DNA of 64,000 nt from Longimicrobiales bacterium (lineage in GTDB: Bacteria; Gemmatimonadota; Gemmatimonadetes; Longimicrobiales; Gaopeijiaceae), in assembly GCA_965249725.1 (NCBI GenBank), contig CBDFMQ010000002.1, forward strand, positions 160,001-224,000, read 5' to 3'. The position numbers and the translations under genes were made by a program. Shown here piece by piece: positions 1-9,897 of the stretch. The notes under the pieces are model-generated. The model was not told the DNA's origin, ran no database searches, and saw only the letters and a list, made by a program, of their open reading frames with translations. Every line of letters begins with the position of its first letter. Position 1 is the stretch's first letter.

Positions 1-324
1 CGTCCGCGTTCACCACGCGAGCGCCCCGGATCAGAATCTCAGGGACTTCCTGTCCCGCCCCCCGTGCGGCATCTCGGCTGTCGCGTCGCAAGCTCGCTGT
101 GTCGGCAGGGCCCGCGGCGAGCCCGAGTGCCGCGGCGCCCATGGTGTGTATTGCGTGGCGACGGTTCATGCTGGGGCCCCCTCCATTCGGCCGAATCCTC
201 CGAACTGGTTTTTGCGTCTACCAGCAAAGGTCTCCGAGTCTACCGACAAAGAAAGAGTCCAGCGAGGTCGTTGCCTGGCCGGGCTTCTCCTGGAGCACCG
301 TGATCAAAGCCGGAAAGTGTCCGC

Positions 325-648
325 TCAGCCGCTCGTCTCCGCCGGTTCGCGCACGGTCCACCCCATCGCCTCACACACCTCAGCCGGTGTCACGCCCAGG
401 TCGCGAAAGCGGCGAGCGATGCGTTCGGCCAATTCTCGATGGACATCCCCGACATCGCCGGAGGGTGGGGCCTTCTTCGCTACGATGCGTTTGCCTCGAG
501 ATTCGAACACGAGGGTGTCGCCCACGTGCAGTCCGAGGCGGTCCCGGAGTTCCTCGGGCAGCGTCAACTGCCCGTCTTCGTCTATGTTCGCAGAGAACTG
601 GACCATGTTTTTGCTCCTCGTCATCGTCATCCCACCCACAACACACAC
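325..648 (-). CDS. AbrB/MazE/SpoVT-family DNA-binding protein
   Basis: IDEDGQLTLPEELRDRLGLHVGDTLVF matches the swapped-hairpin AbrB pattern; the true start is probably one of the downstream Mets. Confidence 0.75.
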   Translation of the reverse strand: MCVVGGMTMTRSKNMVQFSANIDEDGQLTLPEELRDRLGLHVGDTLVFESRGKRIVAKKAPPSGDVGDVHRELAERIARRFRDLGVTPAEVCEAMGWTVREPAETSG

Positions 649-842
649 CTAGTTCTACGCTCACGGGTGAAGAAAGATTCTCGCCCGACTGTTCACCTCC
701 AACAGACGGGGCCTCATTCACCGACTTACCCGAGAGCCGCCATCTCTTTGGCCCCCCAGCCTCGAAACTGATAGGGTGTTTCCGTTCGGCATGATCTGAA
801 TCCACCGGCCATTGGGTCGGTCGGTGCTCACAGGAGGAATCG

Positions 843-2450
843 ATGGGGGAGAGACGCGTCGGCGCCTGGGTCGCCCTGATCCTCTGCCTGTCGTGGCTGG
901 TGGAGGGGTGCGCCACACCGGGTAGCGCCGCGCCATCTCGCGCGGTCGATGTGGTGGAGCTCACCACAGCGCAGATCCAGGCCGGGCTCGCTGCCGGCGA
1001 TTTCACGTCGCTGGATCTCACCCGCGCGTTTCTCGGTCGCATCGACCTGTATGAGGAGCACTACAATGCCCTGATCTCGATCAACCCAGACGCCCTCGAC
1101 ATCGCCAAGAACCTGGACAAGGAGTACCGAGAGCGGGGCCCGCGCGGACCCCTTCACGGGGTGCCGGTGGTCATCAAGGACAACCTCGACTACGGCGGGC
1201 TCGTTACGACCGCGGGTTTTTCCGGATTCAGCGAGGCTACCGGCGGTGTGGACATGATTCCGGGGGACGACGCGGCGGTTGTGGAGCGACTGCGCGAGGC
1301 CGGTGCAATCGTGCTCGGAAAGACGAACATGCCCGACTTTGCCGGCCATGGTACGCGAACGAACAGCTCGGTGGCCGGGGTCACTCTCAACCCGTACAAC
1401 GTGGACAAGGCACCCGGCGGATCGAGCGGCGGTACGGCCACGGCGGTCAACGCGAGCTTCGCAGTCCTGGGCCTCGGGACGGAAACAGGGGGGTCGATAC
1501 AGAACCCTGCGGCGGCCCAGGCCCTGGTCGGCGTGAAACCGACCTTCGGGTTGGTGCCCCTCGAGGGTGTGGTGCCGATCAATGCGACCTACATCGATGT
1601 GGTCGGGCCGCTCGCCAAGACGGTCTACGATGCGGCGATCACTTTGGACGTTCTGGCTGGGCCGACGACGGAGGACCTCGCGACGTATTCGGCCGTCGAG
1701 CACATCCCGGAGGAGGGGTATGCCGCGGCCCTGAGCACTCGGGCCTTGGAGGGCAAGCGGTTCGGATTGGTCGGATCCGGTTGGCGCGAGGAATTCCTGC
1801 CTCTGGCACCTGAGACCGAGCAGGCCTACCGGCAGGCGATCGACATTCTCGAGGAGCAGGGAGCCCGGGCGGTGGACGACCCGTTCCGGGGCCGGGGCTT
1901 CATCGAGCTATATGACGAAAGGCCCCGGGTGTCCGTGGGCTCCCACGACATGTTCGTGTACTTCCAGGGGCTCGGTGACGACGCGGCGTTCCACAGCGTC
2001 GACGAGTGGGAAGCCCTGACCGGAGAGGAGTTCCGCGGCGGGAGGGCAAACCGTCCCCCGGTCAGGCCCAGCGCCACGGAGGAGGGCGACGCCTTTCAGG
2101 CCTGGCGGCTTCAGATTCGGGAGCGGTTCCGCAGCGTGCTCGAGGAGTTCGATCTCGACGGGCTTTTCTTTCCACAGGCGGGGTCCCCGATCCGCGATCT
2201 CGTGGAGGATCCGGAGCGCCCGGACTACAACCCGAACAACCACCCGGAGCTTCCCAGCAACATCACCAACGAGATCGGCCTGCCGGTCGTAACCGTGCCC
2301 TTCAGCTATTACGACGACGGCACCCCGTTCGTCATCGCCTTCATCGGGGACACCTGGACGGAGGCCGACCTGCTGGGGTTCGCGTACGATTTCGAGCAGG
2401 CTACCCAAGCGCGGATACCGCCAGAAGTGATGACGAGCACCGGGCGCTGA
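843..2450 (+). CDS. Amidase-signature family enzyme, probable lipoprotein
   Basis: GPLHGVPVVIKDN, GGSSGG and GTETGGSI motifs; N-terminal lipobox-like VEGC; AGGAGG RBS upstream. Confidence 0.9.
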   Translation: MGERRVGAWVALILCLSWLVEGCATPGSAAPSRAVDVVELTTAQIQAGLAAGDFTSLDLTRAFLGRIDLYEEHYNALISINPDALDIAKNLDKEYRERGPRGPLHGVPVVIKDNLDYGGLVTTAGFSGFSEATGGVDMIPGDDAAVVERLREAGAIVLGKTNMPDFAGHGTRTNSSVAGVTLNPYNVDKAPGGSSGGTATAVNASFAVLGLGTETGGSIQNPAAAQALVGVKPTFGLVPLEGVVPINATYIDVVGPLAKTVYDAAITLDVLAGPTTEDLATYSAVEHIPEEGYAAALSTRALEGKRFGLVGSGWREEFLPLAPETEQAYRQAIDILEEQGARAVDDPFRGRGFIELYDERPRVSVGSHDMFVYFQGLGDDAAFHSVDEWEALTGEEFRGGRANRPPVRPSATEEGDAFQAWRLQIRERFRSVLEEFDLDGLFFPQAGSPIRDLVEDPERPDYNPNNHPELPSNITNEIGLPVVTVPFSYYDDGTPFVIAFIGDTWTEADLLGFAYDFEQATQARIPPEVMTSTGR

Positions 2451-2551
2451 CTTGTGGTTACCCGCGGGCCGACCACATTTTGCGTGCGATGTCCTGGTCG
2501 ATGCCCGCCCGACCGCGTCTCTTTAAGACCTCGAGGTCCCTAGGAGTGACC

Positions 2552-3970
2552 ATGCGTCCGCGTACACTGCCGATTCTGCTCGCCCTCACCATGGCGGCTG
2601 TGGCCGTCGCCTTTACGTCGCCCGACGCGTTGGCCCAGGTGACTTGCTTCGGTGACCCGACGTGTGTCCAGCCCGTAACCGGCTATCCAGTGGGCCGGCC
2701 GGGTACGCCGAACATCGAGGTCGTCTCTCACCAGCCGCTGCCCGGCGCGCCCTTCAGCCACGCCGACATCGAGATGGAGCAGGAGATGGACCGGCCCTTC
2801 GCGTATATCGCTCAGCGCTTCGGTGCTTCGGGCTTCTATGCGATCAGCCTCGAGGACGAGGCGCATCCGGAGGTCCTATACCGCTACACGGTGGACGATC
2901 CGGATCTGCACCTCGGCACCGGCTGCGTAGACATCAAGTATGCCAAGGCGGAGGGCCGGTACTACGTCATCGTGTCCTGTCAGTTCGGGCAGGGTGGGCC
3001 GGACTTCGACTTGGGTGCGATGATCTTCGACGTGACCGGGCTGCCGGACGCTTCGACCGTGAGGAAGGTCGCGGAACTCAGGCTGCCGGATCTGCCTGGC
3101 GGCTTCCACAACGTCTACACGTACCGTCACTCGAACGGCCGATCGCTGTTGCTGGCGACCACCCAGTCGAAAGACGCGTTCATCTACGACATCGCCCAGC
3201 TCGCCGATGGCAACCTCGATCCGGTGTCGGCCATTTCCGTGCCTCAGCCTTCGGAGTCGCGCAGCCGTCAGTGGCACGACATGTACGTCGGCTTTCTTCC
3301 CGACGCCGGTCAGGACCGCTTCTACGGAGCCGGTACGGGAGGATTCCATGTGTATGACATGACGGACGTGGAGAATCCACGGCTCCTGACGTCGGTCACC
3401 GGCGTGCCGGGCGTCGAGAACGGACACACCTTCACCCCCACTCCCGACGGCCGTTACGGACTCGGTATGCCCGAGCCTACGTACCAGCACTCGCCCGTCC
3501 GCTTCTTCGACTTGAGACCGGAGGGGTCGGAGGGCCAGACGCCCAACATCGTGAGGGGGTCCGGAGTCGGGGCCTGGATCGCCAAGTTCGGAGGCTCGAC
3601 CCACAACCATGAGATCCGTTGGCCCTATGTCTTCATTTCGGCCCAGGACGACGGACTCCAGATCGTGAACATGGCCGATCCCACACACCCGTTCACAGTC
3701 GGCTACTACAACACTCGCATCGGGCCGATGCTGTACGGCGGTGGAGACCGCCCGAGCCAGGCTACCACGGGGAACATCTATGACGGTGCCTGGGGCATCG
3801 ACATCCGGGACGAGGACGGGCTCATTGTCGTGAGCGACTTCACTACGGGATTCTGGGCCTTCAGGCTCGACGGCTTCGAGGGCTGGAACGGTAATGACTG
3901 GAACATGCCCGACGTTTCGAGCGCCCAGCATTGGGATGAGAGCCCCGATCAACCACAGGAAATCAGGTAG
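2552..3970 (+). CDS. Secreted LVIVD/choice-of-anchor-B-like beta-propeller protein, tandem copy 1
   Basis: ATG 2552 after AGGAG; signal peptide ending ALA-QVTCFGDPTC; motifs GFHN, WHD, GHT, HNHE, GLQIV, GAWGID. Confidence 0.7.
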   Translation: MRPRTLPILLALTMAAVAVAFTSPDALAQVTCFGDPTCVQPVTGYPVGRPGTPNIEVVSHQPLPGAPFSHADIEMEQEMDRPFAYIAQRFGASGFYAISLEDEAHPEVLYRYTVDDPDLHLGTGCVDIKYAKAEGRYYVIVSCQFGQGGPDFDLGAMIFDVTGLPDASTVRKVAELRLPDLPGGFHNVYTYRHSNGRSLLLATTQSKDAFIYDIAQLADGNLDPVSAISVPQPSESRSRQWHDMYVGFLPDAGQDRFYGAGTGGFHVYDMTDVENPRLLTSVTGVPGVENGHTFTPTPDGRYGLGMPEPTYQHSPVRFFDLRPEGSEGQTPNIVRGSGVGAWIAKFGGSTHNHEIRWPYVFISAQDDGLQIVNMADPTHPFTVGYYNTRIGPMLYGGGDRPSQATTGNIYDGAWGIDIRDEDGLIVVSDFTTGFWAFRLDGFEGWNGNDWNMPDVSSAQHWDESPDQPQEIR

Positions 3971-3978
3971 GAGACATC

Positions 3979-5439
3979 ATGCGTAAACCAAACCTGACGG
4001 TCCCCCATCCGCTCGCGCCGGCCGCATTCGCGCTCGGACTGGCCACTCTCGGACTGGTCACTCTGGGACTTGGGCTGACTGCGGCGCCCGCTTCGGCGCA
4101 GGTCACGTGCTTCGGCGACCCGACGTGTATCCAGCCCGAGACGGGCTATCCGGTGGGCCGACCCGGCACGTCGAACATCGAGGTGGTCTCGCACCAGCCT
4201 CTGCCCGGCATCCGCTTCAGCCATGCCGATATCGAGATCGAACAGGAGATGGATCGTCCTTATGCGTATATAGCGCAGCGCTTCGGTGCCTCAGGCTTCT
4301 ATGCCATCAGTCTCGAGGACGAGAACCACCCCGAGGTACTCTACCGCTACACCGTCGACGATCCCGATCTGCACCTCGGGAGCGGATGCGTCGACGTCAA
4401 ATACGCGAAGGCCGAAGGGCGGTATTTCGTGATCGTGTCCTGTCAGTTCGGACAGGGCGGGCCGGACTTCGACTTGGGTGCCATGGTCTTCGACGTGACG
4501 GGGCTCCCGGACGCCTCGACCATCCGGAAGGTCGCGGATCTCCGTACTCCGGGGATGGGAGGCGGCTTCCACAACATCTTCACATACCGCCACTCGAACG
4601 GCCGGACCCTCTTGCTCGCGACCACGCAGTCCGAGGATGCGTACATCTATGATCTCGCCCAGATCGCGGCGGGAGACCTGGATCCGGTGTCGGAGATCGC
4701 CGTCCCGCAGCCCAGAGCTAGTCGTACGCGTCAGTGGCACGACATGTACGTCGGCTTTCTGCCCGACGCGGGTCAGGACCGCTTCTACGGAGCGGGCACG
4801 GGCGGCTTCCACGTGTTCGACATGACCGACGTTGAGAACCCTCGCCTGCTAACGTCCGTGACGGGCATTCCGGGTGTGACGGACGGTCATACGTTCACGC
4901 CAACGCCCGACGGGCGGTACGGACTCGGCATGCCCGAGCCCACCTACCAGAACTCGCCGATCCGCTTCTTCGATCTGCAGCCGGAGGGGTCCGAGGGACA
5001 GACGCCCAATGTCGTCCGTGGCTCCGGGGTCGGAGCCTGGATCGCGAAGTTCGGAGGCGCGACCCACAACCACGAGGTGCGCTGGCCCTACGTCTTTATT
5101 TCGGCTCAGGACGACGGGCTGCAGATCGTCAACATGGCCGATCCGACGCACCCGTTCACGGTTGGTTACTACAACACCCGTGAGGGCCCGATGCTCTACG
5201 GTGGAGAAGGCGCGCTGATGACGGGCAACAACACGACGGGCAACATCTACAACGGTGCGTGGGGCGTGGACATCCGGAACGCGGACGGCCTCATCGTCGT
5301 GAGCGATTTTAATACGGGCTTCTGGGCGTTCCGACTGGACGGTTTCCAGGGATGGAACGGGAACGACTGGAACATGCCGAACATCTCGAGTGCCCAGATG
5401 TGGGACGAGACTCCAGACCAACCTCAGCAGATCCGCTAG
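3979..5439 (+). CDS. Secreted beta-propeller protein, tandem copy 2
   Basis: Mature region near-identical to copy 1; RBS overlaps the upstream stop (TAGGAG). Confidence 0.7.
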   Translation: MRKPNLTVPHPLAPAAFALGLATLGLVTLGLGLTAAPASAQVTCFGDPTCIQPETGYPVGRPGTSNIEVVSHQPLPGIRFSHADIEIEQEMDRPYAYIAQRFGASGFYAISLEDENHPEVLYRYTVDDPDLHLGSGCVDVKYAKAEGRYFVIVSCQFGQGGPDFDLGAMVFDVTGLPDASTIRKVADLRTPGMGGGFHNIFTYRHSNGRTLLLATTQSEDAYIYDLAQIAAGDLDPVSEIAVPQPRASRTRQWHDMYVGFLPDAGQDRFYGAGTGGFHVFDMTDVENPRLLTSVTGIPGVTDGHTFTPTPDGRYGLGMPEPTYQNSPIRFFDLQPEGSEGQTPNVVRGSGVGAWIAKFGGATHNHEVRWPYVFISAQDDGLQIVNMADPTHPFTVGYYNTREGPMLYGGEGALMTGNNTTGNIYNGAWGVDIRNADGLIVVSDFNTGFWAFRLDGFQGWNGNDWNMPNISSAQMWDETPDQPQQIR

Positions 5440-5447
5440 GAGATATC

Positions 5448-6887
5448 ATGCGTCAACCAATTCAGTCGGTTCTGTATCCGGTCCTCCGCGCTGCCACGCT
5501 CGCGTGCGTAGCCGTAGCACTCTCGACCTCCAGCGGGATGGCCCAGGTGGTCTGCTTCGGCGACCCGACGTGTGTCCAGCCGGAGACGGGCTACGCCATC
5601 GGACAGCCGGGTACGCCCAACATCGAGGTCGTCTCACATCGGCCCCTGCCGGGAGAGCGATTCAGCCACGCCGACATCGAGATCGAGCAGGAGATGGACC
5701 GGCCCTTCGTCTACATCGCTCAGCGCCACGGCGCATCGGGCTTCTATGCGCTGAGCATCGAGGATGAGGAGCACCCTGAGGTTCTCTATCGCTACGTCGT
5801 GGACGACCCCGATCTCCATCTCGGCAGCGGATGTGTGGACGTCAAGTATGCCAAGGCCGCCGGCCGGTACTACGTGATCCTCTCCTGCGAGTTCAGCCAG
5901 GCGGGACCGGACAGCGACCTCGGGGCGATGGTCTTCGATGTCACGGGACTCCCTGATGCGTCGACCGTACGCAAGGTCGCGGAGCTCAGGGTCCCCGGGA
6001 GGCCTGGGGGCTTCCACAACATCTTCACCTACCTTCACTCGAACGGCCGACCCCTCTTGGTCGCGACCACCAAGGAGGCGGAGGCGTGGGTGTACGACCT
6101 CGAGCAGGTCGGCGAGGGTGTCACGGAGCCCGTCTCGGCGATCTCCGTCCCGAATCCGACGGCAACCAACTACCAGACGTGGCACGACATCTACCTCGGC
6201 TTCCTTCCGGACGCAGGCCAGGATCGCTTCTATGGGGCTGGGGGAGGGGGCTTCCACGTGTACGATGTCACGGACCTCGAGAACCCGCGGCTCGTCACCT
6301 CGGTTACGGGGATTCCGGGGGTTACCGATGGACATACGTTCACACCCGGGCCCGCCGGCCGCTTCGCGATCGGCATGCCGGTCCCGACCTATCAGCATTC
6401 GCCGCTCCGTTTCTTCGACCTGCGCCCTGACGGGTCGGAGGGCCAGGCGCCGAACATCGTGAGGGGCTCCGGGGTCGGCGCTTGGATCGCGAAGTTCGGA
6501 GGAGCGACCCACAACCACGAGATACGCTGGCCCTACGTGTTCATCTCCGCCCAGGACGATGGGCTCCAGATCGTCAACATGGCGGACCCCACGAGGCCCT
6601 TCACGATGGGATACTACCACACGCGTGGGACCCCGGCGCTTTTCGCCGGCGAGGGTGCTCTGGACGCAGGTACGGCGAACACGGGCAACATCTACAACGG
6701 TGCCTGGGGGGTCGACGTGCGGAACGCCGACGGACTGATCGTGGTGAGTGACTTCAACACCGGGTTCTGGGCGTTCCGGATGGAGGGCTTCCAGGGCTGG
6801 AACGGAAACGACTGGAACATGCCGAACATCTCGAGCGCGCAGGACTGGAACTTGGAGCCCGATGAACAGACGCAGGAGATGCGGTAG
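5448..6887 (+). CDS. Secreted beta-propeller protein, tandem copy 3 (most diverged)
   Basis: ATG 5448 after TAGGAG; same motifs as copies 1 and 2. Confidence 0.7.
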   Translation: MRQPIQSVLYPVLRAATLACVAVALSTSSGMAQVVCFGDPTCVQPETGYAIGQPGTPNIEVVSHRPLPGERFSHADIEIEQEMDRPFVYIAQRHGASGFYALSIEDEEHPEVLYRYVVDDPDLHLGSGCVDVKYAKAAGRYYVILSCEFSQAGPDSDLGAMVFDVTGLPDASTVRKVAELRVPGRPGGFHNIFTYLHSNGRPLLVATTKEAEAWVYDLEQVGEGVTEPVSAISVPNPTATNYQTWHDIYLGFLPDAGQDRFYGAGGGGFHVYDVTDLENPRLVTSVTGIPGVTDGHTFTPGPAGRFAIGMPVPTYQHSPLRFFDLRPDGSEGQAPNIVRGSGVGAWIAKFGGATHNHEIRWPYVFISAQDDGLQIVNMADPTRPFTMGYYHTRGTPALFAGEGALDAGTANTGNIYNGAWGVDVRNADGLIVVSDFNTGFWAFRMEGFQGWNGNDWNMPNISSAQDWNLEPDEQTQEMR

Positions 6888-6906
6888 CGATCGGAGAGGA
6901 GCGACA

Positions 6907-8343
6907 ATGAGAAGGCTGACCTCAAAGATGGGTCGCGCCGTGCTCGGCGCGCTTTTGCCAGCGACACTGTTGGCTTGCCTCATTCCCGACAGCGGAAAGG
7001 CCCAGGTGACCTGCTTCGGCGATCCGACCTGCATTCAGCCGGAGACCGGGTACGCCGTGGGGCGACCCGGGACACCCAACATCGAGGTGGTCTCGCATCA
7101 ACCGCTCCCCGGGGTGCGCTTCAGCCACGCCGACATCGAGATCGAACAGGAGATGGACCGGCCTTATGCGTACATCGCGCATCGGCTCGGCGCATCGGGC
7201 TTCTACGCCATCGGCCTCGAAGACGAGGAGCACCCGGAAGTGCTCTATCGGTACGTCATCGACGAGCCCGATCTGCATCTGGGGAGCGGATGCGTGGACA
7301 TCAAGTATGCCAAGGCCGAGGGACGGTACTATGTGATCGTCTCGTGCCAGTTCGGCCAGGGAGGGCCCGACTTCGATCTGGGGGCGATGGTCTTCGACGT
7401 CACGGGGCTCCCCGACGCGTCGACGGTCCGCAAGGTGGCGGAGCTCAGAACTCCCGACATGGGGGGCGGCTTCCACAACATCTTCACGTATCGGCACTCG
7501 AACGGCCGCACGCTTCTGCTCGCGACGACCCAGTCCGAAGACGCCTTCATCTACGACCTGGCTCAGGTCGCGGCAGGCAACCTCGATCCGGTTTCCGAGA
7601 TCGCCGTCCCGCAGCCTTCGGCGGCGCGTACTCGCCAGTGGCACGACATGTACGTGGGCTTTCTCCCGGATGCCGGGCAGGACCGCTTCTACGGCGCGGG
7701 CACTGGGGGCTTCCACGTCTTCGACATGACGGACGTGGAGAACCCGAGGCTCCTCACTTCCGTGACCGGCGTCCCGGGCGTGGAGAACGGTCACACCTTT
7801 ACGCCCACGCCCGATGGCAGGTACGGACTCGGTATGCCCGAGCCCACCTATCAGCATTCGCCGATCCGTTTCTTCGACCTGCGACCCGAAGGCTCCGAGG
7901 GACAGACGCCCAACGTCGTGAGGGGCTCCGGGGTCGGAGCCTGGATCGCCAAGTTCGGAGGCGCGAGCCACAACCATGAGTTGCGCTGGCCTTACGCTTT
8001 CATCTCGGCGCAGGACGACGGGCTCCAGATCGTCAACATGGCGGATCCCACGCACCCCTTCACAGTCGGCTATTACAACACCCGCGAGGGCCCGATGCTC
8101 TTCGGTGGCCAAGGTGCGCTGATGACCGGCAACACCACCACGGGCAACATCTACAACGGCGCCTGGGGCGTGGACATCCGCAACGCGGATGGCCTGATTG
8201 TGGTGAGCGACCTGAACACCGGCTTCTGGGCGTTCCGACTGGACGGTTTCGAAGGCTGGAACGGCAACGATTGGAACATGCCGAACATCTCGAGCGCGCA
8301 GACGTGGGATCAGAGTCCGGATCAGCCGCAGCAGATCAGGTAG
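6907..8343 (+). CDS. Secreted beta-propeller protein, tandem copy 4
   Basis: ATG 6907 after GAGGAG; mature region very close to copy 2. Confidence 0.7.
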   Translation: MRRLTSKMGRAVLGALLPATLLACLIPDSGKAQVTCFGDPTCIQPETGYAVGRPGTPNIEVVSHQPLPGVRFSHADIEIEQEMDRPYAYIAHRLGASGFYAIGLEDEEHPEVLYRYVIDEPDLHLGSGCVDIKYAKAEGRYYVIVSCQFGQGGPDFDLGAMVFDVTGLPDASTVRKVAELRTPDMGGGFHNIFTYRHSNGRTLLLATTQSEDAFIYDLAQVAAGNLDPVSEIAVPQPSAARTRQWHDMYVGFLPDAGQDRFYGAGTGGFHVFDMTDVENPRLLTSVTGVPGVENGHTFTPTPDGRYGLGMPEPTYQHSPIRFFDLRPEGSEGQTPNVVRGSGVGAWIAKFGGASHNHELRWPYAFISAQDDGLQIVNMADPTHPFTVGYYNTREGPMLFGGQGALMTGNTTTGNIYNGAWGVDIRNADGLIVVSDLNTGFWAFRLDGFEGWNGNDWNMPNISSAQTWDQSPDQPQQIR

Positions 8344-8483
8344 CGCCATCTCTCAGGATGGAGTCCTGACCGTGCGCATGACCGTAATGGGCGGGGACGT
8401 GACCTTCGAGTTGGACGAAGCCGGGGGCCGGTAGGCCCCCCCAATGGACGCTCTTCTCGCACACCCTGAAAGGGAGAGGAAAC

Positions 8484-9014
8484 ATGTTGCTCTACGGGTC
8501 CAAAGAGCTCGCGGCGAGCTTTCGCACCGTGAGAGGGAACACGCTGGCGGCGGCGGCCGACCTTCCCGCCGACAAGTACGACTTCCGACCCGCTCCGGAC
8601 TGCCGCAACGTCGAGAAGCTGCTGACACACATCGCGCTGGCGTACCGCTTCCAGCATCAGATTCATGGCGTCGAGAAGCAGTCCAACCTGGAGGGGTTCG
8701 ACTTCCCCGCATTGATGGCGAAGCTCGGGGCGGAAGAGGCGAAGCCACGCACCAAGGACGAGGTCATCGACCTGCTCGAGAAGGAGGGCGAGGTCTGGGC
8801 CGAGTTCCTGGACGGGGTTTCCGACGACTTCCTGAATCAGACTGTGAGTTTCGGGCCTGGCGCTCCGCCCAAGAGCCGACTCGAGATGCTGATGTCGGTG
8901 AAGGAGCACGAGATGCACCATCGTGGTCAGGTCATGGTGGTCCAGCGGATGCTGGGCATCGTGCCTCACCTGACGAGGGAGCGGGAGGCACGCATGGCCC
9001 AGGCGGGGGGATGA
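8484..9014 (+). CDS. DinB/YfiT-family protein
   Basis: YDFRPAP...LLTHIA and C-terminal EHEMHHRGQ...RMLGIVP DinB signature. Confidence 0.85.
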   Translation: MLLYGSKELAASFRTVRGNTLAAAADLPADKYDFRPAPDCRNVEKLLTHIALAYRFQHQIHGVEKQSNLEGFDFPALMAKLGAEEAKPRTKDEVIDLLEKEGEVWAEFLDGVSDDFLNQTVSFGPGAPPKSRLEMLMSVKEHEMHHRGQVMVVQRMLGIVPHLTREREARMAQAGG

Positions 9015-9865
9015 CGGGGCCCGTGTGTCGCCTTCAGAACCGCCTCGCCCGGTTGGCACCATTGGCCATCGCCATCAGCCTGGTGGCCGTCCCCATACCG
9101 CTCTCGGCCACCTGGTCCGTCATCGCGGTGGACGCCCGTACCGGCCGTGTGGTCATCGCATCAGCCACGTGCGTGCCTCAGGACCGCTTCGCGGGATTCC
9201 CGGCCAAGGGCCTCATGGACATCCAGGCGATCGTCGTGCCGGGCGTCGGTGTGGCGGCGGCCCAGGCTGGTGTGGACAACACCAGGGAGAACCAGCGGCT
9301 TATCTACCGTGAGCTTAAGAACGGCACGCACCCCGATGGCATCCTCGAAATGTTGAAGCAGGACGAGAACATCGAACGACGTCAGTTCGGCATCGTCGAC
9401 ATGATGGGCCATTGCGCCGGCTTCTCGGGCAGCGGAAACGGTGCGGCATCGTTGTCCGTTCAGGACACCGTGCCCGGCACGGAGATCTACTTCTCGATCC
9501 AAGGCAACATCCTGGCATCCGACGACGTGGTACACACGGCGGTGGAGGCGTTCAAAGCCGAGGGCGGAACGCTCACGGATCGTGTGATGGCTGCAATGGA
9601 CGCCGCCGACGCAGCCGGCGGGGACGTCCGCTGCACCTGCGAGAGCGAGCCCGTGCTAGAGGCTCCGTGCGAGGCCAAGACCGCGCACGTGGCGTACATC
9701 CTGGCCGCCGATCCTGACGACCCCGAAGGGGAGTCGTTCAACGACGGGCAGTACGCGCTCTACCTGAGCGTTACGGACAACGACATCATGCCGGAGGAGA
9801 ATGCGAATCCGGTGGTGACGCTCAGGATGCGGTACGATGCGTGGAAGGCGGGGCAGGGGGGCTAG
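9011..9865 (+). CDS. DUF1028-family (Ntn-hydrolase-like) secreted protein
   Basis: Signal peptide then TWSVIAVD; VPGVGVAAAQA, RQFGIVD, QGNIL and GGDVR motifs; ATGA overlap with the DinB stop. Confidence 0.75.
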   Translation: MTGPVCRLQNRLARLAPLAIAISLVAVPIPLSATWSVIAVDARTGRVVIASATCVPQDRFAGFPAKGLMDIQAIVVPGVGVAAAQAGVDNTRENQRLIYRELKNGTHPDGILEMLKQDENIERRQFGIVDMMGHCAGFSGSGNGAASLSVQDTVPGTEIYFSIQGNILASDDVVHTAVEAFKAEGGTLTDRVMAAMDAADAAGGDVRCTCESEPVLEAPCEAKTAHVAYILAADPDDPEGESFNDGQYALYLSVTDNDIMPEENANPVVTLRMRYDAWKAGQGG

Positions 9866-9897
9866 GGCTCAGGCGCGAGGCGCTTCATTGCGCCGAG

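Noticed and set aside
2876..8349. Long antisense ORFs (for example 5634-7034 and 6922-8349) repeated opposite the paralogues
   Set aside because: Shadow ORFs expected from high-GC codon bias; they recur only because the sense genes are duplicated
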